DNA of 62,906 bases, filler included, from Reticulomyxa filosa (Eukaryota > Protista > Foraminifera), in NCBI GenBank assembly GCA_000512085.1. It is 21 parts of 21 records of this genome, joined end to end, with 100 filler letters (N's around TTAATTAATTAA, not from the genome) between each part and the next. Parts side by side here need not be neighbours in the genome. Positions count along the whole stretch, not along the records: positions 1 to 6,379 come from ASPP01006680.1; positions 6,480 to 8,949 come from ASPP01005197.1; positions 9,050 to 10,450 come from ASPP01014722.1; positions 10,551 to 15,097 come from ASPP01024016.1; 17 more parts are not named here. One strand, given 5' to 3'. Within the stretch, counting starts at the first letter, position 1, and each line of letters starts with the position of its first letter. The position numbers were made by a program, and so were the translations under genes. Shown in pieces: positions 1-13,182 of the stretch. Below the pieces are notes generated by a model. That model made no database searches. It had not been told where the DNA came from and saw only the letters and a list, made by a program, of their open reading frames with translations.

Positions 1-48
1 CAATGCCAATGTCAATGTCAATGTCAATGTCAATACCAATGCCAATAC
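1..48 (+). repeat. Coding hexamer microsatellite (CAATGY)n giving Asn-Ala/Asn-Val repeats
   Basis: Tandem caatgc/caatgt in frame with the kinase; the same repeat type occurs at ~7318-7350 on the minus strand (NANANA). Confidence 0.7.
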
Positions 49-2352
49 CGAACGAATGGCATCGAGGACAACGACGAACATAAATCAAAAACAAGAACTA
101 TCGTCGCAAAGCACCAGCACGTTCGACTTGTCGAGCAAGCAGGAGCTAATGTCGGACACGTCCATTCACACGAGCAACACGACGACTCGCGAAAGCGAGG
201 TGATTCGTCGCACCTTTCGAAACAAACGCTTGAATCAGGCGGGCGAAAACATGGGCTTTTTGCACACGCCTATGCGCAGCTTGTCTCATCCTTTGAGAGA
301 GGATACCAACGATAGTCAGTCCAATGACGATGATGCTCCTCGTCATCTTCGTCCTTTTGCTACTGCTATTGCTGCTCGCGCCAAAAAAGGCAGATATGTC
401 GAACAGGAAATCAATCTCGAAACGACTAGTCTCAATTCGGAAATGACCGAATCCCATCTCACTTCCAATCCCGAAATTTTACCCGATCATTTGCATCGTC
501 AGCATTTACAGCAACAGCAGGAACAGCAAGACCATCAGGAACAGCAGGATCAGCCACGTTATCCTACCTTGCTTTTGCATCAACGCAATGACAATCATGC
601 CAAAGCTCATCGCTCTCAATTGATCGAACATCATCCTTCTCAACAGAAGGCCAAGCACGTAAACAAAGCCATCAAACACTATCAAATGAGCTCGAGACAG
701 TGCCCACTATCGTGGAAAAAACGATTGCTGTTGTTGTTCGACATTGCGTCGGCTATGGAATTTTTGCACAAAAAGAATATGTTGCACAGAGACTTGAAAG
801 TATTATTGTTTTCGCTATTTGCATTATCATTATCATTTTTTTTTTTTTTGTAAATTTTTTTTTGGAAAAAGAAAAGGGCAAAAAAAAAAAAAAGTTTACT
901 TTTTATTGAACGCATAATGTGAATGATGAACAGACAGCGAATATATTGTTGCATTGGAATCCTAAGAAAAAAAGATATGTCGCGAAAGTGTGTGACTTTG
1001 GCAGCGCTCGCAATGCATATTTGTCCAACACCACACAGTCGCAGTTGGGGCGCAGTGTGATCGTTGCAACAGGCGGAGGCAAAGAGGTCGCTGAGTCAAC
1101 GATAATATCTGTGGGCCCCTTAGTACTAGCCGACTTTAGTGTGCCGGAAATGAGCAAAGACCGAACCAAAGAATTGACCAATCACTTCAAAAAAGAGTTC
1201 AAATCTATGCGAAACCGAAGCCATTCCCAATCTTTGCCAGATCAACACGAAACAACTCATCTTATCAAGTCCAAACTCAAACCTGAACAGAGTGCGTATA
1301 CTCCTTCTAATCCTTTGCCTCACGACTGTTCAGTTGCTTTTTTTTTTAAAAAAAAGTATAGTGATAAATTTATTTGCCTTGTAATTGGCGTATAAATATA
1401 TGTATGTGTGACGATGGGGGGGTTGGATCGTGTTGTATACGTATGCAACAGACGTGATGGATGACAAGTCAAAAAAAGCAACAAACATTCAAAATAATAT
1501 CCCACTGAAGCAAGTCCAAAAGAAAAAAAGAAAACGCTACACCAATGACATGACAAAAGGTGTTGGCACCCTTGCCTTCACTGCACCTGAAATATTGAAA
1601 CAAATACCGATTCGTGTTTTCATGGATGATAGCAAAGCCGCTTATAACAACGCTGCTTTCCTCAAAGAAGATGATCAATCTGATCTCTTGGGAATGTCTT
1701 CAAGTTTTTTTTTTTTTGCTTTGTTTTGTTTATATACTTTTGTTTTTTTTAAGAAAATCATTCAGTCACCCTTTTTTTGTTTTGTTTTTGTTTAGAAAAT
1801 AAACAAGCACAAAGACTGGTTAATAAAGAACACAAAGATTCCGGACATTTTTCTATTTATTCTTCAGAAGTAGCAGAAGACACGAGAGATGAAACACTGG
1901 CTCTCAGTATAGAATATAAAGTGGAAGAGACATTGAATGAGAGCAAAACTACAATCAACGGAAAACGGAGAGATAATGATAATCGCTATGCATTAACTTA
2001 TAGAAAGAGTAAACCTAAAAAAAGCACGTATACTTACTTAGGATGTGAAAGTGATGTTTATTCATTTGCGATAGTCGCATGGGAAGTTATGAATGTGAAG
2101 AGGATCTATCAAGATCTTGATATTAGCCACATTCGTGAAATGATCTTAAGAGGAGATCGCAATGAAATGCTGTCAATGCCTCAAATACCAGGGCTTCGGT
2201 TAAATAGCAAAAAACACAAACGTCAATATAGACATATCACAAGACTTATTAACGAGTGTTGGGATCAGAAACCTTCACAAAGACCAACTTTTGAGGACAT
2301 TGTCGAGCGTTTAAAAAAGATCATTGACAATCGTTCTCTTGTGTTATCTTGA
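2..2352 (+). CDS. Tyrosine-kinase-like (TKL) Ser/Thr protein kinase, 5'-partial, spliced
   Basis: DIASAMEFLH..HRDLK | intron 800-933 | TANILL; AKVCDFG (994-1002); GTLAFTAPE; SDVYSFAIVAWE; CWDQKPSQRPTF; stop 2350-2352. Further phase-consistent GT-AG introns at ~1328-1451 and ~1704-1795. Confidence 0.9.
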
Positions 2353-2681
2353 GACTTTTTTTTTGTTAGCTTTGATTTTTTTTTCCTTTTTGTTTTGTCT
2401 CTAATTATTCTTGTTCTTCAAGTAATTCTGTTTCGTCATTGAGAATGAAAATAATCAATGATATTTGAAACGTTTTTTTTATTTGATAACTAATCCTGAT
2501 TGATCTTATCAAATATACAATTTCAAAAAAGCTATCAAAGGCGACCCCTTTTACAAGGACAAAAATTTGGCCATATTGACCATCCTCATTGTTTCGAAAC
2601 AGGAATTTGAATTCATGGATTGAAAATATTCCGAAAGGAGCGAAAAAAAAACATACACACGACACCTTAGTATGTATATAT

Positions 2682-3392
2682 TTAATAAGTACTTTGAACC
2701 GATTTGGCGTATGCTTCCCACGACAATTTTGTGGAGTTCCTTTTTTTTATGTATTCTTTCATCCAGCCTAAAGACAAAATTTTTTCAGGTAACGCTTGCA
2801 CTGCGTTAAGATTTTTGACGATCTGCAAGTATTGCTCTTCACCAACAACTGCCTGAAGATAATCCAAGATTTCAAAAATACAGACATCGGCCATTGTGGC
2901 AGTTTTACCAACAATAAACCCAGACTTTTCTGGGTTTTGCAAGATCAGTTCATCCCATTTTTTTAAGTATCGGGGTTTCAGTTTTTTTTCGTATTCGTTA
3001 AAAATTTGGCTAACATTCAGAGTGAACGGAAAACCGGCCAATGACCCCCGGCAATCTTTTGTTGCTTCAAACACTTGATCGACAGTATATGCCTTTTTGA
3101 CATCTTCAATACTCTTTCCGGTTGGGTACAGATCGTACTTTCTGGCAATATAATAACATATTGCGCTGCTTTGCACTAAGTTCAGCCCATCCATTTCGAC
3201 CAATGGTACTTGCCCGTATTCCAGTTTGCCACTCTTCTGTAGTTTGTTCCATTGCTCTGGGTTTTCAAAGAATACGTTGGTAAATTTTACACCTGAAGCC
3301 GCTAATAACATGCGAATTGGCTCACAGCGACCCCTACCATTCCAATAAGTGACCGTAACAGTTTCGGTATCTTCCTTTTGCTCGACTGACAT
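2682..3392 (-). CDS. Glutathione S-transferase (alpha/sigma-like)
   Basis: YWNGRGRCEPIRMLL, YGQVPLVEMDGLNLVQSSAI and C-terminal FIVGKTATMADV motifs; complete intronless 236-aa ORF. Confidence 0.93.
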   Translation of the reverse strand: MSVEQKEDTETVTVTYWNGRGRCEPIRMLLAASGVKFTNVFFENPEQWNKLQKSGKLEYGQVPLVEMDGLNLVQSSAICYYIARKYDLYPTGKSIEDVKKAYTVDQVFEATKDCRGSLAGFPFTLNVSQIFNEYEKKLKPRYLKKWDELILQNPEKSGFIVGKTATMADVCIFEILDYLQAVVGEEQYLQIVKNLNAVQALPEKILSLGWMKEYIKKRNSTKLSWEAYAKSVQSTY

Positions 3393-6379
3393 TAAAATAT
3401 CGATCTTTGAGCTTTTAAATCAAACGGATTCGGTTAAAATAAAAAAGTTTTGTAAGAAAAAAAACGGAAAACTCCCAAACTCAACTGACAAAACAAGTGC
3501 GCTATACAGAAAAAAAAGAAATAGCTACAAATGCAAAAATGAATTTTTGTTGATAAAATCGACTGTTGGTATATTCAAATCTTCTTAGTATCTTAAGATC
3601 GTAATCGCAATGGAGATAATATTGACATAATTCGCTTTTCTCGTGCAATGCAATAGGCATTTTAACTAATTTGAAATTTGCCATTCAAATGCGTTGCAAG
3701 CGACAGAACGAAACTAATTAGAATCCAAAAACAAAATTAAAAAGGTCTATATACTTTTTATATTTTTGAGCGTTTGATGGTATCAATTCTCATGATTTTT
3801 ATGTATGAGAATAGTCAGGCAACTGATATGGTACTTTTCGGTGATATCATGTAAAAAATCTCCATCAACATTGTGAGCGCATTCACAGTCGAGTGTGCAT
3901 TTTTTAGAGCGGACAAAAAAACAATAATTGAAGGTTTAACGCGACGATATCTTTCCAATCTAACTTATATTTGTCAACAACTCAATCACTCAGAAGATTA
4001 ACCGATACACCGTTGCAAATCATTTCAACATTTTTTACTATCATATCATTAAAAACATATATTGCAACTGACTTCACGTTTTCCTTCTCTTAAATATTTT
4101 TTATTGCAACTTTCAACTAATGTACAAAACAAATGCATGTTAATGTCCCAATAACTTGTTTTGATAACTTAAAACTTACTCACTTGGTATTGCCTTCATT
4201 TCGCCTTTGTGTGTCCACTTACACTTTTCTTTCTAGAAACTATTTCCATTCATTTTACTAGTACAGATGACCTTTCAAACATCTTAATAAAACAACTTGA
4301 GAGTAGAAGAAATCTTTCAATCAAAATAATAAAATATAAAAAATTTCTATATTGCCAGTAAGCGGCAGTCTCTTATCCTTATTAGACAATGTGGGTATTT
4401 TTGGAAAATATATGTTATGTCGTTAAAAAAAATGACATTAATTTTTTGAATTATTTTTAAGTCGATAAATAATTTGAACTTTTTTTAAACTTCGTTCATA
4501 AATTTTTATAATTTATTATTATTATTATGAAAATATATTTATTTATTTTTATTTGCAAAATAGATAAAATTAGCTTTTTTATTTTGTGAAAGAAAAAAAT
4601 CTACTCAATAATGTAGAATCCTTGAAAAATGATTAAGATTGAGATTTTTTATTGATTTATCTTCTCTTGTGTAGGGCAAGCCCTTATCACACATGGTTGA
4701 ACTCGTATGGAACTGAGGAGCTCCCTTTGGGTTAAACTTCCTCAGTTAACTACTTCTTACTTCATTGTTTTTCTTACTTTCCTTTTTGTCATTATTCTCT
4801 TTAATTTACTTTCCTTTTACTGAAATTGCTCTTTTGGAACTAAGTTCCTTTCGTATTACATTTAGTGCCGTTCTCCACAGTAGACTCCCCACACTTGTAT
4901 GTGGCAAAGAAGATACTACAGATGATATTCTGAAAAAAAGAATATAATCACTTGAAAGAATGTTTACTTTATATCAGCGCTAAGCAGACAAAGTAATGAC
5001 AACCAAAATATCATTGCTAAACTCAAAATGAGTGATCGGAAAGCCTTTGGAATAAGATATCAAAACCTCGCAATTGAATTTAAATTTTATTATTTACAAG
5101 ATTTAGCACTAAGAAAAACTTTGGAACAAAAAACACTTGACAACGATACATCAGTATCTGCATATGTTAGAAATATTTTCAAAGATGTACACACTAATCA
5201 ATGACAGCCGAAAGCAATTAAAAAACCAAGCAAACACAAAAAAAGAAGTGATATTTTCTTGCCTTTGCATGCATATATTCCAAAATGACGAAAAAGATAA
5301 AGTAGAATACACTAAGCGTTTCAGAACGCAAACGAATGGCCAAAAAAGCGACAGACTTTCTGAGAAGAGTTAAAAGTGAAATGTATAAACTCAAAGTAAA
5401 AGTACAGTATAATGCAAAATAAAGTTTGTACCTTATAGAGATGATTTTCTTCATGAAAAAACAACATTCATACATAATTTTTTTAAAATATATACAAATC
5501 TTGTAGTTTTTAAATATCATTTTGGTTTTTTATTAAATATTTACTAATTATTTCAATATTTTTGTTTTTTTTTTAAGCTAAATACATTGCTTGATGTTTA
5601 GAAGATAATGAAGATTGAATTTTTCAGCAAGATAATGCCACTAGCAAAAAGCAATCACAGTAAAAGAATAGTTAAACAAAATGCTATAAAAATATTGAAC
5701 TTTACTCCAAATTCTACAGACATAAACACAATAAAATATTTAATTTATAGTGAAAACAAAAATATACAAAAATATACAAAATATACCATTCATATCAAAA
5801 TAAGAACATTGTAAACAATTTGAATTAGAATTGTAAAAAATTGACAAAGAAACATGCACAAACTTAATAAAATAAATGCCTGATCAAATACAAGCATTAT
5901 ACAATGCAAAAGGTAATTTAACCAAATTGTAATTTTCACTAAAAAAATCTTACTACAAAAAATTTTCAGTTATTATACTTTTGAATTGTCTTGAATTTGA
6001 CAAAAAAGGAAAAAACAAGTGATAAGTGGAGACAAATCAAGGATTAGTCAAAAACTATCATGCATAAACTTTAAAAATAACATTAAATTATGCAAAAAAA
6101 TTTTTTTGATGATAAAAAATTGGTTTTCTCAAAAACTAAGCAACGGGATTAATTTTTTTTACATATATATACTCATTGAGCACTTTCTGAAAATGCTTAA
6201 AAAAGCTGGCAAATTTCATAGTTATGACACATGCACGATTTCAACCTTTTCTCGAAAATTTTCAAAAATCAATAAAATATTCAAATTTTTTAAACAATTA
6301 TGAAAGATTTAGTAAAAAAATCAAAATATTTAAAAACTGCACGATTTATAGATATTTTTAAAAAAATTAGTTATTAATA

Positions 6380-6479
6380 NNNNNNNNNNNNNNNNNNNNN
6401 NNNNNNNNNNNNNNNNNNNNNNNTTAATTAATTAANNNNNNNNNNNNNNNNNNNNNNNNNNNNNNNNNNNNNNNNNNNN
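6380..6479. other. Artificial contig-joining spacer (first of 20)
   Basis: Identical 100-nt N44-TTAATTAATTAA-N44 blocks (stops in all six frames) start at 6380, 8950, 10451, 15098, 16253, 18612, 24370, 25800, 28763, 32807, 35885, 37067, 38460, 43137, 44246, 45456, 46727, 47875, 49983 and 61806. Adjacency across spacers has no biological meaning. Confidence 0.98.
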
Positions 6480-8884
6480 TTCTTGTTCGTTTTTTTTGCT
6501 CGGAGAGACACGTTCGTCGTCACTTTCCTTATCCCGATCCGATTCATAGTCCATGTCAATGTGTTCGTCATTCAGTTCCAAAGGATTCTTTTTCACCTGC
6601 TCTAACACTTCCCAAGGAGACGGCAAATCATCCAGTTCGCTTGGTGGCGGTGGTGACTCTGACACTGATTTTTTTTCTTCTTCTTCTTCTCTATTTCTAT
6701 CTCTATCTCTATCTCTATCAACGACATTTTCAGTTCGTGTATCTTGTCCAGCCGTTGGCAACTCCAATGATGTTTGATATTCCAAGTCGCTTGGCAGTGC
6801 CGTCATTCGTTCAGAGGCGGCCATACCTTTCAATTGTTCTCGGCCAATGTTGGGACTTTGATTTTTTCCAAATGCAGACATACCATCAAATTTACAATCA
6901 CGTACACGGTATATAAAAGATATGTATATATACAATCACGTAATGTATATATATATATAAAGTACTTGTCAATAGAAGCATTTTGCATAGTGCGCATTTG
7001 TGCCTCTTTCAATTCTTGTGCTCGAATGCGATGTTCTTCATTATGGATGGGATCGAGCACTGTCTCTTTGCGTTGCCAGGATTGCAGTTTGTCTTGTTTT
7101 TCTTCTTCGAGGTTGCTGTTGCTGCCGACAGTTTCTGTGCGCTTTTTGTCGTTGGCCATGCCAGTGACGATATCGCTGAGCACCTCGTCCTGCAAGTCGG
7201 CAAACTCGAGCAGCGCGCTTCCAAAGGGCGACACCGTGTCGGCTTTTACAGTCTGTTTGGCTGGTTGCAAGTATTTCGTGCGAGTATCGGTATTGGTATA
7301 CGAGCTCGCAGTATTGGTATTGGCATTGGCATTGGCATTGGCATTGGCATTAATATTCGCAGTCGTGAGGACACTAGTACGGGCCGGACGACTTTGAGAA
7401 GAGGCAGAAGAGGAAGGTAGGGGACGAGGTGCAGCCGAATCGAAAGTGGATGACTTTGGGAGGAATCGTTTGGCAAGGTCTTGCAACGTATTCGTTTTGA
7501 AATGACCATTAGTATTGACCTTGACAGTGGAAAGTCGAGAAGTCTGCGAAGGAGAGGTGGAAGGGTTGACAAAAGATGGAGAAGGAGATAATTCTTCTTT
7601 TGCTTTTTCTTTTCCTTTTTGTTTTTGTCTTTCTGTTTTTTTATCTTTATCTTTTTCTTCATCATTTTTATCATCATCATCATCATCTTCTTCTTCTTCT
7701 TCTTCTTCTTCTTCTTCTTCTTCTTCTTCTTCTTTTACCCGTCGTTCCGAACCGGCCAACTCGTTCATTTCATACACATATGTACGGCCAGCGGTGGAAG
7801 TTTCGTCAGTGTGTATTTGCAACATTTCTTTGGCATCGTCGTGTTGGTTTTGGTCGGTGGTGAAGCCTCGGATCGACACCGATTTGCCGTGGAATGCTTC
7901 CAAGTGTCTTTGGAATGTGCGAATCAAAATGTCGCGAATGTTCACTACGCTCGCCAAAGGCACCGGGATGTCATCTTTTACGTCGTTCTTGAATTCTTTC
8001 AGTGTCAGCAGGCCTGACTTGGACGTGTTCATTCGGTCGAACACAAAGTTGCTCTCTTCGTTCGTCAGGTTCACTCCTAGCCATTGCACCCCTTCTTTGA
8101 ACTGGCTTTTGTTCAACGTCTCTGCTTTTGAGGCGAACAAATTCCACGCCGTTTCCAACGTTTTGTTCCGTTTGCGACGATGATTTTTCGCTACTTTCTA
8201 ACATTTTCCCCAAAAAAAAAAAAAAAAAAAGTGTGAGGAAAGGGGGAGGGGACTACCTTTGAACTTTAAATTTAAAAAAAAACAAACTTCGTAATAGTCT
8301 TTGACATGCTTTCGTAAAATAACCGAGGCGTTGACATCAGCAGGAGATTGAATATAAAAACTAGGGTCATTGACCGTAAAAGCTTGCTTGAACTCATAAA
8401 AACCCAAATAGGTTTTGTTATGTCGATCCAAAATTTCGGCAAATAATAACATGGCTCCTTTGCCACTGACGCGAATGCCCAAGTTGGACAACAACGTCCC
8501 AAACTCTTTAATGTCCAGATCATTGCTGTTGTTGACGTCGGCTTGCTTAAATGCCGTCTTCAAAATAACGTTGATTTTTTTGCGAATGGCGATTAGCTCC
8601 TCCATTGTTCCATATTCGCTCTTTTTCATCGTCTTCGCCGTCGCTGCTATATCTTTTTCGTCATTCTCCGTAAGCCTTGTCGACCTTCGCTTGCTTGTTT
8701 GAATATTCGTCGCTGCTCCTATTGATTTGTCCATTTGCGTTGCCCTCTCCGCCGCTCCCATCAATTGACTGCTCCGTTTGTTTTGTTTGTCCATGTCTCT
8801 CTCATAACCTTTCATCCCTGGGTTGTCCAAACTCTTTACTGTATCTCTTCTCTCCCCTTCGTCTAGCAAGTCTTCAGGACTGAC
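6480..8884 (-). CDS. EF-hand calcium-binding protein with low-complexity acidic linkers, partial, spliced
   Basis: FKQADVNNSNDLDIKEF and FDRMNTSKSGLLTLKEF EF-hand loops; poly-E/D tract at ~7670-7735; ORFs 8198-8908, 6830-8158 and 6432-6935 separated by AT-rich introns. Confidence 0.75.
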
Positions 8885-9049
8885 CTTTGTATACATTACC
8901 ATATACATATATGTATTCCAAATCTTTTTTTTTTTTTTTCAGTTTTCACNNNNNNNNNNNNNNNNNNNNNNNNNNNNNNNNNNNNNNNNNNNNTTAATTA
9001 ATTAANNNNNNNNNNNNNNNNNNNNNNNNNNNNNNNNNNNNNNNNNNNN

Positions 9050-9085
<36 letters not shown>

Positions 9086-9396
9086 AAAAAAATGTGTTCA
9101 AGCGACAAAATATTGAGAGGAAAAAAGCAAAAAAACGATAGTTGTTTGTAATGTTTCCTCCTATCAATCTCCCGCCTAACACATGGTGCACTTAAAGAAA
9201 AACGACCAAAAAAAAAAAAAATAAGAGAAAAAAGCACAGTTACAATCACAGCAACAAAATGATACAAACACAGGTACTTATCACATACAATTTTAGCTTG
9301 TGTTTTTAATTTTTATTGTTGCGAGTAAAAACACAGCTTACATTCGCTGCGCACACACAAAAAAAGGAACAAATAAAAAAAGTGAACAATCAAATA

Positions 9397-10322
9397 TTAA
9401 TGAGGCTGTGTGCATGGCGGCAAAGTGCCATCAGGATGGAATGTATCAGCAACCCATTCAATCCATCGTTGAAACTCTTTGCCATTGATGAAGCGCCGGT
9501 AGCTATCCGAGTACATGACATTGATGAGTTCTTGAGCAACTTTATCAAAAAGTTCGACGAGGCGCTGCAACACGACGTCATAATCGACACTATCGATGGG
9601 TTTCGAGGGACTTTATTGTAAAATGATATGATTATGATGCATGTTTGTTTGTTTGTTTGTTTTTTTTTTAGAGCCACAAAAAAAAAAACGAGTGAAACTT
9701 TGCAGTGAGCGTGAATCCTTGAGAAGAGAGAAGATCTTGCTTTTCAGGCAGCTGTATGTGACTCACGATAATCTGCTGCACCTTAGCAGTGGTATTGGCA
9801 AAGGCATTTGCATTGTCGTGGTGATTGTTGTCGTGTTTTTCGCAAAAGTGATTCTTGGAGTCAACGTTGTCATCATTGTGATCCTGATGTGCACGAGTCG
9901 CAATATTGGAGCTGTGGTCCGCAGCAGCACCGCTGTCCAAGGGGTTGGCAAGCGACATCATGTTAGCTTTATGTGGATCATGATCGTCCAACTCGTGTGG
10001 ATCATAGGACACATAATGGTCGTGATTCGGGGTCTCACGTAGAGTGTACATGTCATCGTCATGATAGCCATGATCTAGTCTTGTCTTGGCTTTTTGTTGG
10101 TCATGTTCATGGTCGTGGTCATGGTCATGGTCATGTTCATGGTCATGATCATGCTCATGATCGTGATCATGGTCGTGTTGCTTTTCTTTTTCATCGTCTT
10201 TTCTGTCCACATGAACGATACGCGTCGTCTCCAAAATCGGAGGCAACACAGTGAAGTTACGAGACATTTCCGGAGCGGACACCGGATTCGTCAAGTCGTT
10301 AATTGTTCTGCTTTCGCTATTG
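9397..10322 (-). CDS. RGS-domain protein C-terminal fragment with His/Asp repeat
   Basis: Exon 9610-9397 (not in the ORF track) reads PSKPIDSVDYDVVLQRLVELFDKVAQELINVMYSDSYRRFINGKEF, matching the RGS C-terminal consensus FD.AQ.EI..LM..DSY.RF. It joins ORF 9668-10294 through a phase-compatible GT-AG intron at 9611-9698. Confidence 0.75.
10096..10175 (-). repeat. (His-Asp/Glu)n coding repeat
   Basis: HDHDHDHEHDHDHEHDHDHDHDHEHD encoded by a degenerate hexamer repeat. Confidence 0.85.
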
Positions 10323-10358
<36 letters not shown>

Positions 10359-10550
10359 CAATAGCGAACTTTAAAAAAAAAAAAAAAACTGAGTCCAATA
10401 AAATACACAATACGAGTATACAAAATCAATAATAATAATAATAATAATAANNNNNNNNNNNNNNNNNNNNNNNNNNNNNNNNNNNNNNNNNNNNTTAATT
10501 AATTAANNNNNNNNNNNNNNNNNNNNNNNNNNNNNNNNNNNNNNNNNNNN

Positions 10551-10621
10551 TTTTCATGGAGAAAATCGATTCTCTTCATATAGTGGCATATGTATGTCAG
10601 TTTTTTTTGCAATCTACTGTA
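10551..10621. mobile_element. Tc1/mariner terminal inverted repeat at contig edge
   Basis: Near-identical to 17077-17147 (ttttcatggagaaaatcgattctctt...gtatgtcagttttttt...actg|ta); ends in ACTG plus a TA target site. Confidence 0.75.
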
Positions 10622-11980
10622 TTTTCAATGGCTCTTGCAAAAAGTTTTCTAAATTCAGGGCAATTTCATAATATTAATTCGTACATTTATTTTGATTTAG
10701 GATTTTTCATCTTTTTTAAATCAAACATAGTTTTTAAAAAATTAAAATGTTTAAAGCTATTTCAAAGACAAAATTAAACAAATTGATCAAATAAAAAGCA
10801 AAATCAGTGTGCATAATTTACATTTACCTATTCAATTCATCATGACATACTTCTATTTTTCATAATTTTTAAATTAATAATCTTTAATGTCTAAAAAAAA
10901 ATTGCAATAGAATCAATTCTGTTCTCTAATAAAAAAAATAGTCCAAAAAAGGAAAAGCAAAAAAGAAAAATTTAAAATGGCAGCGCATAATTAACGTCTT
11001 TCTTTTTGATTTTGTCTTTTTTGGCATATTTTTAAACAAGTTTTAACACATTTAAACTTGTGGGCCTATAGAAAAACGCGTTCCATTATGCTGATGACTT
11101 TTGTTGTAATGTTACTGTGATATATGAATGATTAATAATGACAAAAAATTGTAAAAGTTAACACTATTCAACAAAAACAAAAAATTAAAAACAGAAAATT
11201 TAAAGATCAGAAAAAATTGCTTAAACAAAAAAAGCAACATACTTGATCAATTTCGTTATCTAATTTATTGTTACTATTCTTATTTCTATTCAGACGAGAA
11301 AAAAAAAATGGTAATAATAAAAATAATTTTCTTTTCTTTACATTTCAAGTTGATCTTCTTTGTTTAAAAAAAATTTAAAAAATAGCAATTTTTTCACCAA
11401 ATAAGAAAAAACTCAATATACAATTTTTTTCAAAGAGAAAACTATTATCTTTTTTTCCACAAAGACGATTTTTTCAAGTGACAAATTTCTTATTATTTTT
11501 TAAAAGTGATTAAAACTTAGTGATTTATATTACTTCCAAAACATGGAAAAAATGATTCAAACAAATTTTAAAAAAGCAAATGAATGAAAAAGCGAAAAAG
11601 AAAAAATTAAATCAGGCGGCGCCTTCATGAACATTCTAGCCCCGCCCAAATTAATATTTTTTTTTTGCTTTTGTCTTCATTTGCTTTTTTTTAGCTTTCC
11701 AACGGTGTACTTGGTTGGTTTCTACGACAAATAGAAACGAATAAATCTCGAACTTAGTGATTCACAAAGCAAATCCAGTGCAAAGTAAGCATTTTGATTC
11801 TAGATTTGTTTTATTGTTTTTCTTATCATAAAGAGTTTATAGTTTTTGGCAATCTTAATTTCAGATTTGGATTAAATGTTGATATTGCCTTTGCACAAAT
11901 GCTTACCGATACTTGATAAACTTAAATCCTTTTGAAAGAGATAAGTAAGTTTTATAGTTAACAAGAGAGATATTGTAATA

Positions 11981-13182
11981 TTAACAGCGCCTGTGTACAA
12001 TAGAAGGACCGCTGTCATCATATTCATGTTGAGTCACCCACATGTCTTGAAAAGACTCTAAATTACAAAGTATGCTTCCTCCAATCCAAGAGCTGTATTT
12101 ACGTTGAGGAGAAGCAATAACTTTGATTGTCATTGTTCCGGAAACTAATTTGGCAATTTCTTTTGTTAAACGAACATCAGTGTTTGGGAACATCGTAGAA
12201 CCACCAGCTAAAACAATAGATTTATAAAAAGTTGAACGAAAATCAATGTCACATTTCATAATACTTTCGTAAAGTATTGTATGAATTCCTTTGTTATATC
12301 CATTTGAAGTAGCTGAAAATAATGCTTCAGGACATTGAAACCTTTCAGATCCAATTGTGATAATTTGTCCATCAGGCAATTCATAATTTCTTTCAATATC
12401 AGTGGATGTTTCTGCTTTTTTTAATTCAGACTGATAATCCTCTGCAACATATGTAAATTTTTCTTTTATATCACGAATTGTTTCTCTTTCTAAATTCGTT
12501 GTCAATGAATAACCTTTTTCTCTCAACATTTTCAGTAAAGAGTCAGTTAAATCACATCCTGCAAGATTGAGCCGCGAAACTGCAACTTCATATGCAGTTC
12601 CCTCATACACTGGAGTGGATTGTGCCATACCATCGCCAGCTTCGAAAACAAGACCTGTTATCATTCCATTTCCAAATAATGATAACATTGGCTGCAGACC
12701 CAAATACATTCCAAGAACATGAAACTTCTCAAACATAATCTCAGGTACTTTTTCTCGTCTTGCTTTTGGAGTTAATGGAGCTTCTGTCAATAGCACGCGG
12801 TGTTCGTCAGGTTGAATATATAACTCACTGTTAACATTTGGTAATATGTACAAAGATATGTGTATGTGCATAAATTGCTTAATTTGCTTTGTTTTTTTGT
12901 TTACTTGTGAAATATATGATGCCAAATTTTCTCCATGTGGTCCCAATTCATGACCAATGTACGTTCAATTGGATATGTTAAATTCAAAAGATCTTCTTTG
13001 TTTTGTGCATCACTGCCAAAACAAACATCTTTTTGTATTGTTTCAAATGTTATTCCAGTATGCTTTGGTTTTCCAATCACAGTCGGAAATACTATTTGTG
13101 GAACAAGCTCACCACTAAAACCGGCTTTCGTTGTTCCACTTCCATTGTCAATAATCACGTGCTCTCTATTCTTTTCATCCAT
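11981..13182 (-). CDS. Divergent actin / actin-like protein, one intron (12828-12904)
   Basis: IIDNGSGTTKAGF, YPIE, VLLTEAPL, YELPDGQIITIGSERFQCPEALF, VLAGGSTMFP, WIGGSIL, EYDDSGPSIVHR; splicing gives HIFHN-ELYIQP. Confidence 0.93.

Noticed and set aside
4711-4747. Short hairpin AACTGAGGA...TCCTCAGTT
   Set aside because: A 9-bp stem with no tRNA or snRNA features, compatible with chance.
3400-6379. Small ORFs in a long AT-rich stretch
   Set aside because: K/I/F/N-rich compositional ORFs with no motifs; treated as intergenic or unrecognisably decayed.
6983-8183. Plus-strand ORFs with poly-Ser, poly-Phe, poly-Leu or IGIGIG tracts
   Set aside because: Antisense shadows of the trinucleotide and hexamer repeats in the minus-strand EF-hand gene.
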